DNA from: Camelus ferus
Taxonomy: Eukaryota
DNA: 64,000 bases
NCBI RefSeq assembly: GCF_009834535.1
Contig: NC_045697.1
Coordinates: 89,468,001-89,532,000 of the forward strand
Direction of reading: 5' to 3'
The notes beneath the pieces are model-generated. The model saw only the letters and a program-made list of their open reading frames with translations, was not told where the DNA came from and ran no database searches. Both the position numbers and the translations under genes were made by a program. Shown in pieces: positions 37,901 to 50,399 of this stretch (positions are counted from its first letter, which is position 1; each line of letters starts with the position of its first letter).

Positions 37901-40404
37901 TCTTTTAACCTCCCTACTAACTTTGTGTGTGGATAATTTCCTGCCTTTACTGTATATTTGCCTTTACTAGTGAGCTTTTTCCTTCTATACCTTTGTTTCT
38001 AGTTGTGGCCTTTTCTTTTCTGCCTAGGGATGTTTCTGTAGCATTTACTGTAAAGCTGGTTTGGTGGTGCTGAATTCTTTTACCTTTTGCTTGTCTATAA
38101 AGCTTTTGATTTCTCCACCAAATCTGAATGAGAGCCTCATTGAGTAGAAGATTCTTGGCTGTAGGTTTTGCCTTTCATGACTTTAAATATATTATGCCAC
38201 TCCCTTCTGGCTTACAGAATTTCTGCTGAAAAGTCAGCTGATAGCCTTATGGGAAGTTCCCCGTATGTTATTTGTTGCGTTTCCCTTGCTGCTTTTAGTG
38301 TTCTCTATGTTTAATTTTTCCATTTTAATTACAATGGGTCTTGGTGTGTTCCTCTTGGGGTTAATCCTATATGGGACTCTGTACTTCCTGGAGTTGGATA
38401 ACTATTTATTTTCGCAGGTTAGGGAGGTTTTCAGTTCTTCTCTATTTCAGGCTCCTTGTCTCTATCTCTTCTCCCTCTGGGACACCTATAATGTGAATAT
38501 TATTGTGCTTGATGTTGTCCCAAAGGTCTCTTAAACTGGCCCCATTTCTTTTCATTCTTTTTTCTGTTTGGTGGCAGTGATTTCCATTACTCTGCCTTCC
38601 AGCTCACTGATCCATTCTTCTGAATCATTTTGTCCACTATTGATTCCTTCTAGTGTATTTTTCATTTCAGATACTGTATTCTTCATCTCTATTTGGTTCT
38701 TAAATATTGTCTAACTCTTTGTTAAAAACTTCCAACGTCTTACTCTGTGCATCCATTCTTCTCCTGAGTTCTTTGGTCATCTTTATGATCATTACTCTGA
38801 ACTCCTTCTCAGGTAAACTGCCTATCTCCACTTCACTTAGTTCTTCTGCTGGAGTGTTATCTTGTTTTCCCATCGGGAATATATTCCTCTGCCACCTCGT
38901 TTTGTCTGAGTTGCCTTTGTATCTTTATGTAGGGGTTGGTTAGGTTTCTTGACCATGGAGAGCTAGCCTCTGTAGGAGTGTGCTTTCCTGTCATCGCCCA
39001 AGCCACATGCTCTAGGGGTTCCCCATTAGAGGGCTGTGTGTGTCCTTCTGTTGTGGTGGGCTGACTATGTGGGCGGTCTCACAGGCTTGGCTGGCCCCTT
39101 GTGTGGTTTGGTGCCAGGGTTGCCTCGTATGGATGCTGCTGGCTGCTGTTGGGTGGGGCACGAGGTGGTTGGCTGTGGAATCCTAGGGGCTAGTGCAGGT
39201 TCACTGGTGTACACAGTCCGAGTCCCATGATTCTGTGGCTGTTGCCCACCCACTGGTAGGTGAAACTGGATCCTGGGGTTAGTGCCAAACTACTGGCAGG
39301 CAGAATTGGTTCCTGGGTCGGGGTCCAGGGATTCCCAGAGCCTGTTTCAGGTCATTGGTGGGGCTGGGCTGGTTCCTGATGCAGTTGGGAATGGATTCTG
39401 GGGTGTCTGGAAGGAGGGTTTTGTTGGTCTGCTAGTCAGCAGGGCCCAGCTTGTCCCAGGGTAGGGTCTGGCCTATGTTGTTGGATCATAGTTTTCTTGC
39501 TTCTGGTGTCTGCCCCCTGGTGGGTGATGCTGGGCTTGTGTGGGCTTCCTGGCAGGAAGGGCTGGTGCCTGTCCACTGGTGGCTGGAGGTGGGTCTTGGT
39601 CCTCTGCTGGGCTGGGTCCTTTCTAGGGGCATACCAGAGGCCACTGTGGGCTCTTTAGTCTTGAGGCACCCTGTTTGCTGATGGGTGGGGCTGTGTCCCC
39701 ACCCAGTTTGTTGTTTGGCCTGTGTCCCAGCACTGAAGACTACAGGCTTTTGGGTGGGGCTAGGTCTTGGTGCTAATAATCCAAGATATCAGCCGCCATG
39801 AGTGTTCACAGGGCTGAATGGTCCCCAGTATTTCTGACACCATTGTATATGTCCCCAGGGTGAGCTGCAGCCACCCCTTGCCTCTCCAGTATTCACTGGA
39901 GACCTGGATAAGACCAGATAGGTAGGGCCCAGCCTCCTATCAAATTACTGCTTTTGCCCCGGTCTCAGTGCATGTGACATTTTGTGTGTGTCCTGTAAGA
40001 GTGAAGTTTCTATTTCTCCCAAGTCCTATGGGGCTCCTGCAGTTCAGCCCCACTGGCCTTCAAAGACAAATACTCTGGGGGCTTATCTTCCCAGTGCTAG
40101 AACCCCAGGCTGGTGAGCCTGACATGGGGCTCAGAATTCTCACTCCTATGGGAGAACCTCTGCAATATAATTATTCTCCAGTTTGTGGGCTCCCTACCCA
40201 GGGAGTATGGACTTTGATTATATCATGGGTCCACATCTCCTACCCATCTCCTTTTGGTCCCTTCTTTATATCTTTAGCTGTAGATAATCTTTTCTGGTAG
40301 GTTCCAGTCCTTTTCATCAATAGTTCTTCTACAGATAATTGTGATTTTGGTGTGGGAGGAGGTGAGCTTGAGGTCTTTCTTCTCTGCCATCTTGGCCACT
40401 CTCC
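35000..40404 (-). mobile_element. Long cetartiodactyl-type L1: 5'UTR, ORF1, ORF2 EN and RT regions, disrupted, lacking the 3' ~1.5 kb
   Basis: Endonuclease remnant MDLIDIYRVFHLKAAEYTFFAGAHGTFSRIDHMLGHK (36786-37031). ORF2 remnant YKAIYRFNAITVKLPMAFFTELEQ (34968-35192). ORF1 at ~38030-38930; GC-rich 5'UTR at ~38940-40404 whose 5' end reads GGAGAGTGGCCAAGATGGC. Frames are broken by stops and frameshifts. Confidence 0.95.
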
Positions 40405-40724
40405 ATAAAAATATAATTTAGCCACAATTCAACATGTTCAGTCTCTCTTGTTTTATGGTTTTATGGGAAATCTATGTTGCAGACAAGTTTGCTTTATAGC
40501 AAATAATGGTTATTTCTTATTGAAATTTTGATATAAAATATACTATGTTAGCATGGTAGAATATCTTAGGAGACTTAAAGTGAAATATTGGTATAGGATA
40601 AATATACTGGCTATCTTTACTCTTCTACATGTGGAATAATTATGAATATGAAAATTATTATAGTGCCGTGTACTATTTCATATTTTTTCATGTCTTAACC
40701 ATCTTTTTAAATCAACATTTAATT

Positions 40725-41890
40725 TTTTCTTTTTTTAAATTTTCTTTTTCTTTTTTATTGAAGTAGTTACAATGTGTCAATTTCTGTGATGTACACCACA
40801 ATGTCCCAGTCATGCATATATATAGACATATTTTCATTTTCATATTCCTTTTCATTAAAGGTTATTACAATATATTGAACATAATTCCCTGTGCTATACA
40901 GCAGAAATTTTAAAAAATCTATTTTTATATATAGTGGCTAACATTTGTAAATCTCAAACTCTCAAATTTATCCCTTCCCCCTACCCTTCCCCAGTAACCA
41001 TAAAATTGCTATGTCTGGAGTCTGTTTCTGTTTTGTAGATGAGTTCATAGTGTCCTTTTTTTTCTTTGTTTTTTAGATTCCATATATGAGTGATATTATA
41101 TGGTATTTTTCTTTCTCTTTCTGGCTTACTTCACTTAGAATGATGGTCTCTATGTCCATCCATGTTGCTGCAAATGGCATTATTTTATTCTTTTTTATGG
41201 CCCAGTAGTATTCCATTATATAAATATACCACAGCTTCTTTATCCAGTCATCTGTTGATGGACATTTAGGTTGCTTCCATGTCTTGATTATTGTATATAG
41301 TGATGCTATGAACATTGAGGTGCATGTATCTTTTCGAATTAGAATTCTCTCCTGACATATGCCCAAGAGTGGGATTTCTGGATCATATGGTAAGTCTGTT
41401 TTCAGTTTTTTGAGGAATCTCCATACTGTTTTCTGTAAAGACTTCACCAAACTACATTTCTGCCAGCGGTGTAAGGGGGGTTCCTTTTTCTCCACACCCT
41501 CTCCAGCATTTATCATTCATGGACTTTTGAATGATAGCCATTCTAATTTGTATGATGTGACACCTCATTGTAGTTTTGATTTGCATTTCTCAGATAATTA
41601 GCATTATTGAGCATTTTTTCATGTGCCTATTGGCCATTCGTGTGTCTTCATTGGAGAATTTCTTGTTTAGGTCTTCTGCCCATTTTTGGATTGGGTTGTT
41701 TGCCTTTTTGTTATTTGGTTGTATGAGCTGTTTATATATTCTGGAAATTAAGGCTTTATCAGTCACATCCTTCACAAATATCAAATATTTAATCCCATTC
41801 TGTAGGTTGTCATTTTGTTTTGCTTAAGGTTTCTTTTTCTGCAAACGCTTATGAGTTTAACTAGGTCCAATTTGTTTAATTTTTTGCTTG
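40725..41890 (-). mobile_element. Relatively young L1 3' end, 5'-truncated
   Basis: Minus ORF 41073-41516 (KTVWRFLKKLKTDLPYDPEIPLLGI...WKQPKCPSTDDWIKKLWYIYIMEYY) is the ORF2p C-terminus, followed by 3'UTR and a T-rich tail at ~40725-40758. Confidence 0.95.
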
Positions 41891-42062
41891 TCTTCAGGCC
41901 AAATGAGTATTCCAAAATGAACTCTGCCTCCCTGTGACTGCAACTTTGCAATAAGCCATGATTCATATTTTTACTAAAGTATAAGCAAAGAGCATGTCTA
42001 TGAAAAAGGGATAAAATCAGTTTTTAATGATCTTACTAGCAAAGGTATCCCACCTGATACTA

Positions 42063-42230
42063 TGTGGTGGGGTATAAATAGAAAGTACACAGGTTTTGGA
42101 AGTAGACAAACCTGGATACTAATCATGTTTTGGCTACTTTCCATCTGTGTAGCCTACTCTTTCCCTAATTTTTTTATGTTCTCACTCAGTGTATAAATGG
42201 AAAATAATTAGTATTGCAAAGGTTGAGTAT
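42063..42230 (+). mobile_element. MIR fragment
   Basis: TAGAAAGTACACAGGTTTTGGAAGTAGACAAACCTGGAT...TATAAATGGAAAATAAT. Confidence 0.6.
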
Positions 42231-42929
42231 TTTGGTTCCAATGATTATTATATTAACTTTCTTATTTTCTATAAAATAATATGCCCCAATTAATAATTAT
42301 CTAAATAATGTGTTCCATATAATACACATGTTAATGTTATGCTCAACAGTCTACATAACTTAGTTTAAACAATGATCATTGTGCTTGAAATATTTCATTT
42401 TGCCTTGATTAATTAACATGAAAATTTGTATGCAGTATTTAATACATATTTAATTAAAATAAAAATGAAATGATGTAATAATTGCCTAGTCTTTGGAAAA
42501 TTATACTTTTTTCAGTCATACCTTTTATTGCTTTGGCATACCTCAACTGAAAATAAACTCACATTTTAGTGAGGCGAGATTATGCAGTATAGCTCAAAGT
42601 GAATATTCTGTGAGTAGCTTGGTTTAAGATCATGTTTCCCTAAATACTTATTTGAAACTTCTATTAAATCTTAATGTGTTACACATTTATCAGTTGAGTA
42701 ACTAAGTTCAGTGCTCCATACCTCATACCCTGGCATTTCATATAAGTATTAATTTTTGTTTGTTTTATTTAACTTTCAAGTAATTTGACTGAATTTTGAG
42801 GAAAGGTAAAGTTACCAAAATATTTGGACAGTTCAAATTGGAAATCAAACAGTTAAAGAAAAAAATTCAACCCTCAATTAAATATGATTATGAATTTCAT
42901 TACTTTGAGTAATTTAATATCATCATTAT

Positions 42930-43440
42930 TAAGATAACTGTTGCTGCAAGTAACATTAAATCACATACCACCTAAAGTGAGCAGTAAGGACAGTTTATCA
43001 TCTCACATAACAAGTGTTCTCAGCATTGGCTGACCCAGGGTGGTTAATTCAGGAACTTGATATCATTATCAAGAAGGCCGTTTCTTTGAATCTCTCCACT
43101 CTGCCATTCTGAGTGTGTGAACTTGGCCTCGAGTTGGTGTATCTCATCTCAAGGTGACAGTCATCATTCCAGAAGTGACACAGGAGAGGCAAAACCCTCT
43201 GTCTCATGTAAAAGGAATCCTTCCTAATAAGACAAAAAACTATTTCTCAGATATTCCCCAGGAGACATCACCTCATATCACCTAGACCTCTGAACAGATC
43301 ACGGACATGGAAAATGAAACTGCACGATTGGCTTAGACTGATAGGAATTTAAGTCTAAATCATGTGGTTGAGATTGGGCACTTAAATAAAACTGAGGCGA
43401 GTCAATGTGGATGACACGGTGAATGGCCCCTGGGTAGGCT
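42930..43440 (-). mobile_element. MaLR solo LTR (MLT1J/K-like)
   Basis: GCTGCAAGTAACA...ATCTCACATAACAAG...CTCTCCACTCTGCCATTCT...TTGGCTTAGACT...GAATGGCCCCTGGGTAGGC. Confidence 0.75.
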
Positions 43441-43759
43441 ATATATATATACACACACATATATACACATATAGTAGGGTAGTCCCTACTGTAAGAAGTA
43501 AGATGAATTTCTCTTATACTCTCCTTCCTTGAGTCATATAATCTAAAATTTTATCTAAAATCTCTGATACTTGACTGTTACCTAAAATATTCTAAGAAGT
43601 GGTCATCAAGGATCCAATGGAAGTCCCCTGTGTCGAATAGTCTGGACTGCATGTGTAGCTCTAGATGTAGGAAATGAGGGAATGTGATTTACACCTCCAA
43701 CAACTGGGCAGTGTTTGCTTCCTGAAGGAGGGATTCAGGGCAAACAAACTGATATCCCT

Positions 43760-44750
43760 TTATTTGTCCACTTATTCTTTCCTTAATATTTAAGAAGCTT
43801 CCTGTTCACCCCATGCGGATACTGGATGATGCGTTAGAGACAAAAGCTGAAAAAAGTCTGATTATGACAGTGCTCTCAAGTTAATCATGACAACCAAGTG
43901 AAGAGCAAACAAGCAGTTACCATACATTGTGGTAAATGCTGTAGCCGCGACAGGCAGGGTGTGTGTACTATGGAGACACAAAAGGGGAGCATGTAACTTA
44001 GACAGAAGTTTCAGAGGTCAGTGAGAGCTTCCACCTGCCAGTAAAGTTACTGTCTGTGAAGAAGTAAGTTGTAAGCATAAAAGAGTCAGTTACATGAAAT
44101 GGCAAGAGAAATGTTCTACGTAAATGAATCACAGATAGAATGGCGTGTGTGCGTGTGTCATCAGAGAAAGAAAAGGAGGAAGAGAGAGAGAGACTGATGG
44201 GAAGTTTGAAGAGCACTGGACTGTAGGTGGCAGAGTCATGAGCGAAAGACTTGAAGTTGGGAAGTTGGGGCCAAATTATGAAGGGCCTTTTCCAGATCAA
44301 AGAGTTTAAAATAGAGCCATGAAGGCATTAGGAAGTCATTAAAGGATTTAGAATAGGATAATGACACAGTTATATTTGCAGTTTAAGCTTCATTCAGCTC
44401 AAATGTAGAAGATAAATTGTGGCTGGGAATAGATTAAAGACAGCGAGATTGATTAAGAGACTGTTTTCAATAACACAAATGAAGAAACGGAGCTGTCTGA
44501 AAGCCAGTTAGTGGCAGACAGTGACATTTAAAAGGAATGGACAGATTTGAGAAATATTTAAAGATGTAATCGACAGAATTAGGTGACAGAAAATATTGTG
44601 GGGAAATAATTAAAATAAGGACTCATGGAAGCTTGTCAACTTTCTGACTTGGGAAAGTTTCTCAGCGGTGCTGTCATTCATGAGATCAGGATGTCTGAGA
44701 GGAAAAGGTTTGGTAAGTAATCAGAAATCAGTTCTGCACTCAGCACTGCA
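43760..44750 (-). mobile_element. L2 LINE 3' portion
   Basis: Purine-rich antisense L2 (GGGGCCAAATTATGAAGGGCCTT, GGACAGATTTGAGAAATATTTA, TTTCTGACTTGGG). Confidence 0.8.
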
Positions 44751-44824
44751 GTGTAGCAGGCAGATTTACTTGTTTGATTGATGTTTCCTCTCTTCTGCTG
44801 TTTGAAAATACAATTCTTTATATC

Positions 44825-45085
44825 CCATCTGAAATGTACTTCATGAGTGAAAGCATTGCTGAAATCTTCCTGTCACATCCTCAACATGACTGTCTTGTCC
44901 CTGTCATCTCAGTTGCCCAGGTATGACATACATCACAGCCTGTGGCATACACTTATCTGGGCATCCAAACTGTGACCTTCTTAGAGATGTAACACTTTCA
45001 TACCCATGTGTGAGACTCCCCAGTGCCTACCCTCCCCCAAATACTTGCATATAATAAGCACGCAATAAATGTTTTTTAAATAGAG
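44825..45085 (+). mobile_element. L2 3' terminus
   Basis: AAACTGTGACCTTCTTAGAG...CCCAGTGCCTA...CATATAATAAGCACGCAATAAATGTTTTTTAAAT. Confidence 0.65.
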
Positions 45086-45936
45086 CCAAAAAATAATATT
45101 CTTCATTGAATTCCTTTAAAATGAAAACAATGGATGCTTTTGGTCCCACTGTCGAGTTGAAGGTAAGGTCATCTCTTGCCAGAAGGCTATGATTGAGTTT
45201 AATTAAACATTTTATACCATTCATCTGCTGCTGGTAACTTGTCTTTTAAAACACAGGAAACATTAATCTGCAGATGAATAGTATAAAATCCTTTTACAAT
45301 ATTTTTCTCAGTTACAAGGAGATTATATACTAACCACAATATTTCTGCTCCATTCTAGAATCATAGAAGAATGCATACCATCAATAGACACCTACAGTGA
45401 GGGTAATAATGTGCATATGGTGCATTATAACAGCCTTATGCTAGTTTCAAAAACTGAGAAAATAAAAAAATTTCACATGTGGGAAACATAAGTGAGAGCA
45501 CTGTGTGTTTCACTGTGTGGTAACCCCTTATCCTCCTTCATTTGGTTGACCTGTATCATTGCTCTGTGGGTGTCCAATATTGTTGTCAAGGTGGGACTGA
45601 TGGGAAGAAGGGAAGGCAGGCAATGTGTTAATAAGCCAGCAGAAATAGGGATGGTGAAGCACTTACTATGACCTGTAGTGTAAGTTTGCATTGATCAGGT
45701 TGATAGAATTGATTCATAAACACAGCTGTGTCCAAGAAATATCAGGTTGAGGATGTGAAAAAAATGGAAGGCAGGAGTACTAAACAAGAAAATAAGCCTT
45801 AAGTGGTTTTGGAGTTGGAGAATGACCAATTGCCTAAGGATTTTTTTCTCCAACCCCCCTCTTTTACAGACAGTAGGGGTGGTGGAGGTATCTTGAGACA
45901 GCAAATGTACTATGAAAAAATATATATTGAGTATTC

Positions 45937-46267
45937 CTGAAGACATAATGAACTTATCTACAAAACAGAAACAGACTCACAGACATAGGAAACAAATTTA
46001 TGGTTACTGGGGAAGGGGTTGCGGGGGGAGGGGGGGAGGAATAAATTGGGAGTTCAAGATTTGCAAATATTAACTACTATATATAAAAGAGATAACAAGT
46101 TTCTACTGTATAGCACAGGGAAACATATTCAGTATCTTGTAGTAACCTATAATGAAAAAGAATATGAAAAGGAATATATGTATGTATATGTATGACTGAA
46201 ACACGCTGTACACCAGAAATGGACACCACACTGTAACTGACTACACTTTAAAAATTAAGAGAGAGAG
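45937..46267 (+). mobile_element. Young L1 3'UTR fragment with TSD
   Basis: AATGAACTTATCTACAAAACAGAAACAGACTCACAGACATAG...CTGTATAGCACAGGGAA...GCTGTACACCAGAAA. TATTGAGTATTC at 45925-45936 and 46275-46286 (19 bp with 2 mismatches if extended). Confidence 0.92.
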
Positions 46268-46559
46268 AAATGTGTATTGAGTATTCTATGACTTCATCTC
46301 CCTACTCTCACTTCCCTTCTCATCTGAGAACGACGTTCCTGTTCTGTTTTTACTGAGAAGTGGGTTGATGTGGTTTTATTGTATTATCTGGTCTTGACTT
46401 AAGCTTCTGTGGATAATTTCAAGTCCTGTGATTCAGAGGTTTCCATATTTAAGGTACTGAAGGTAACAGCACTCAAGGTAACTGAGTCCTCTCTTTTTCT
46501 TAAAAGATTCATCTCTCAACATTTGTGAAATATTACCTCTCCCCTCAGTATCCATTCAC

Positions 46560-46990
46560 AATCACAACTGTTCACCTCCTTCATCTAAACCATTTCCAAA
46601 ATTTTACTACTTTACCTTCAAAACACACCTTAAATTCTTCCATATCTTTCCACATGCCATTTTTTCTTGCCTGGAATGTTCTCCCCTCAAAATTTTCTTC
46701 ACTAACTTCAGTTTATTCTTCAAGTTACGATTAAAATGCTATGTCCAAAAAGATTCTAGATTATGATCATGGAAAATTTATGTGGATGTCACCCTCCAGC
46801 ATCATTTCCTCTCAAAATACTATTTTACCTTACATAAAATCATTGTAATAGTCTATTTGCTATTTGTTTAATATCCATCTCTTCTGCCAAGCTGTAGACT
46901 CTATAACAGCAGGAGTGTCCCTTGTATCTCAGAACTCTGCACAGTGCTTTGGACATTGTGAGAAACTAATAATCACTTGTGGAATAATGA
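46560..46990 (+). mobile_element. L2 3' portion
   Basis: CTTGCCTGGAATGTTCTCCC...CTCTGCACAGTGCTTTGGACAT...TTGTGGAATAATGA. Confidence 0.65.
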
Positions 46991-47794
46991 GCTATTTTTA
47001 TAACCCTTTTATATGTACAACGGTTATCAATTTACCTAATAACTTCATATGGCACCATATCTAAGATTATAAATAATCACAGAACAATGTTTGAAAATTG
47101 TTGCAAAGTATATTTTTGTTCAATTAATTGTATTTCCCTTTATATATTGCTGGTTGGTAGAAATAACTTTTTTCTTGCCTAGTATTTAATCTTTATCTGC
47201 ACCAAGGACATTGCCAAGTATACTGTGAGTGTGACCCAGTAAAACATTTTTTTAAAGTGTGATATTTGTCAGGTTTGTATTAATTATGAATTAATCACTT
47301 TAAGTGTTGAACTGATGAGAGGGACACAAAAAACTCAGTTTTCACACCCAGATCTCCTTTGTTACAAAAGGTACAGAACAGTAACAACAGAGGGAAGAGA
47401 CGCACTGAAAAGGCTCCAGAGATCTCAGGTACAGGTGGTCTCCTTCAGCTGGGCCAGGTCAAAAAAAAGTGCATATTGCCATCTGGCCTTGAATCATCAG
47501 CAAAACACCTCGGTGCCAGGAGCCCAAATTCTGCTTGTGCTAGAGACCTCTGTGTTAAGCTGGTTATGTAGGTATATTCCATCTATGTCATCAGCCCTAA
47601 CTGTTGAACTCCGCCCATTCCAGGGCTCCATGTAAACCAGATACTAATCATAAACTTTACTATTACAGCTAAACAGTGTTGACAAGATTAGAAATCACTT
47701 GTTTCTCAGTTTTATGGTTTGGCCAAGAACGAAGAATGCGATCAGTCCATGTCACTGGACACCCATACTTTACAAGTAAGAATGGAACTTAGAA

Positions 47795-47998
47795 CATGCA
47801 TAATATTTTATAAAATTCTTTCACACATTACCACATTTAAATTTCACACTGATAAGAGGAGTATACTACACTTTCTTGTATGATACAGAAGTAGACATCA
47901 AACTCAGAAAGATTAGGTGACTCACTCAGACTCAAATAAATAGCAAACGGTAGCACTGGGAATTAAACACATATCTTTAGATATTAACTCCAGGGTTT
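47795..47998 (-). mobile_element. MIR SINE
   Basis: CTTTCACACATTACCACATTTAAATTTCAC...CTCAGAAAGATTAGGTGACT...CTGGGAATTAAACAC. Confidence 0.6.
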
Positions 47999-50111
47999 TT
48001 TTTCTTTCTTTCTTTCTTTTTTTTTCCCCCCTGTTACACAAAGACAGTCCCAAGCAATCTGCTTTCTTCACATCTCTCCTAAATACCTTTAAAGTGGTTG
48101 ATGAAGTAAAACAGTTAACTGTTACACATTTGCATTCTCTTTCTTTTATCTATCCCCAGTACCTTGAGACAATTTATCCTGTAAATTCTCAAAATTCTAT
48201 ATATCCTCTGTTCCCTTCCCCCTTTTATCACATGTGAATAATAAATTTCAGACCATCCATTATGTCATGATCTTCATATCTCCCCAAGCCTTATTATCTC
48301 CCATAGTTTTGTTATTCCATTAAAGAGCAGCTTTGAGGGACTGGAGGAAATATGTGGAGTTGCCTTATGTCATTATTTACCGTCTTGGAGAGTGGATTAA
48401 ATGCATACCGTATTGAGGGAACAGAGATGAGCCAGATTTAAAGATCTTGGAAAAAATAGTTGCCGTGAGTGTGTGTGTCTATGTGTTTCCAATTATCATA
48501 TTGATTTCTATTACTCTAATTGTCTACTCCTGAGCAGGCAGATCTTTTGCAATGCTTAACAGCTTCTAGCAAGGAGATCTTTGTGATTTTTTTCTCTGAT
48601 TACTTAGCCTCCAAGAGTCAATAATGAATCTTTGCATCTAATTTAATTTAATTCAGCCATTATTTACTTTCCCTTCTAGGGGCTTAGTGAGATGGTAGAG
48701 TGGAAAGTTATTTTGTTTGCCCATTTGTTTTGAATGGAACATTAAACATCACTAACTAGAAGAAATAGCACAGGATTTAGAATAAGAAGCCATGGGTTTG
48801 AGTGCTCCTTTTATTATTTATTTATTTATACATTTACTATTACATTTACTTATCCATTCATTCTCTTATATAAAATGCTAAAGAAAGAATCATCTACTTG
48901 ACACAATTACTTGAAGGAAGAAATCAGATTGTGCAAGGAGAAATTTTTGTAAACTAGATTCTACTGCTTTTAGTTACGTTGTTTAGTTATAAATGTTTTT
49001 TCTTGCATAAACTAGAGTATCTTCATTTTAATATGATAGGCATGACAGACTAAATACTCCATTTGTCTCCTCCCTTCTTATAAACCCTTGAAAAGATGGT
49101 TCAGAAATATAAAGCCATAATCCCTCATTATACAGAGAACAGGGGAAAGGACAATGATGAAAGTGAGGTTTGTACACGTTTCTGGAAAGCATAAATCAGG
49201 CAAAGGGGTGGTTAATCGGTGAAATACAGCAGTGGAAAAAATAGCCTTAAATATGAACAAAGGAGAAAATAATCAAATTGGATAATATCTGCCAAAAGTC
49301 TGATAACTCAGGGATGGCTGATACCATCTCCAGGTTGAAAGAAGAAAGTAGACCTGAAAGCAAAGACTGCAAATGGGAAAGTCTAGACTTAGTATCTATC
49401 TTTCTCAGCGTAATATCTAACTTCTAGCTATTAATATTAACCCAGGCAAAATACTGGCATGTTTTCTATAAAGAGATTGAATAAATCATCTCGAGATGAC
49501 CAAGGAAGTGTGTTGAGGGTGCTAGTGTCTCAGGACAAAGCTTCCTTGTTTAGAGATCCCAAAGGCTCCTCACCTGGGTAGTAGCTACTCACCAGTCCTG
49601 TTCTCACACATGATCTTCTGGTAATTTTGTATGTTCTTCTTAAGTATGAATAGGAACCCAGAGATTACCAGACATTTGAAGAAAACTGCCCATGAGACAC
49701 ACAATGAAAAAAATTAACACCAGGAGAAACATAATTCTAGAAACAGGAGGAAAAATCCTCCCAAACCTAAGGAAAAGGATTCGTTATAAAAGAACCACCA
49801 GAGAATAAGGCTGGTACTGTGCTGGCAAGTTTCCATTACCTAAGACAGAAAAACAGTAAGGACAATATTGTGTTAAACCTTCAGAGATATCAGTGCACCT
49901 TCCAGTATCTTGAATAACAGCTTAAAAATACTGTAATCAAACATTCATCTAACATTTGAGTTAGCACAGTTCAGATATCAAAGGTGCAACTTAGGTATTC
50001 ATAATACAGCATCCTTTATTGCAGTGCTTATGCACTGATCTCATCTTCCTCATGGCTGAATGTGAATAGCTTTACAATTAGGGGCAATGATATAAAGAAA
50101 TGTATGGCAGT

Positions 50112-50342
50112 AGGAAGGAACATGGTATAGTGCTTAAAGACAGATACTCAGAAACAAACCTGCCTGGGTTCAATACTGACTACCCCTAGGATTGCTTGTT
50201 ATTTGATACATGTATTCCTCAGTTTACCCCTCTGTAAAATGGGGATAATATAGTACCTGGCCCACAGACTTTCTATGAGTACTTAATATTTGTAAAATGC
50301 TTAGAACAGTGTCTGGTGTGTGGCACTCTACTAGTGTTGATT
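50112..50342 (+). mobile_element. MIR SINE, near full length
   Basis: CTGCCTGGGTTCAAT...CCTCAGTTTACCCCTCTGTAAAATGGGGATAATATAGTACCT...GTAAAATGCTTAGAACAGTGTCTGG. Confidence 0.9.
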
Positions 50343-50399
50343 CTGCCCATACAAAAGAGATCTGATATTGCATCTTTGTCTAAAATTAATTAACACGGT

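Noticed and set aside
35000..40404. Potentially active full-length L1
   Set aside because: ORF1 and ORF2 are fragmented, the 5'UTR has lost most CpGs and the 3' end is absent.
38940..40404. GC-rich stretch (and the similar one at 17700-18600) as a gene promoter or CpG island, with several ORFs
   Set aside because: Both are L1 5'UTRs and CpG-depleted; the ORFs reflect higher GC content.
41073..41516. 147-aa ORF with a recognisable protein sequence
   Set aside because: C-terminal fragment of L1 ORF2p in a 5'-truncated copy, not a host gene.
45121..45168. ATG...GAAG|GTAAGG reading MKTMDAFGPTVELK
   Set aside because: Good donor, but no clear acceptor or promoter context and the peptide is not recognised.
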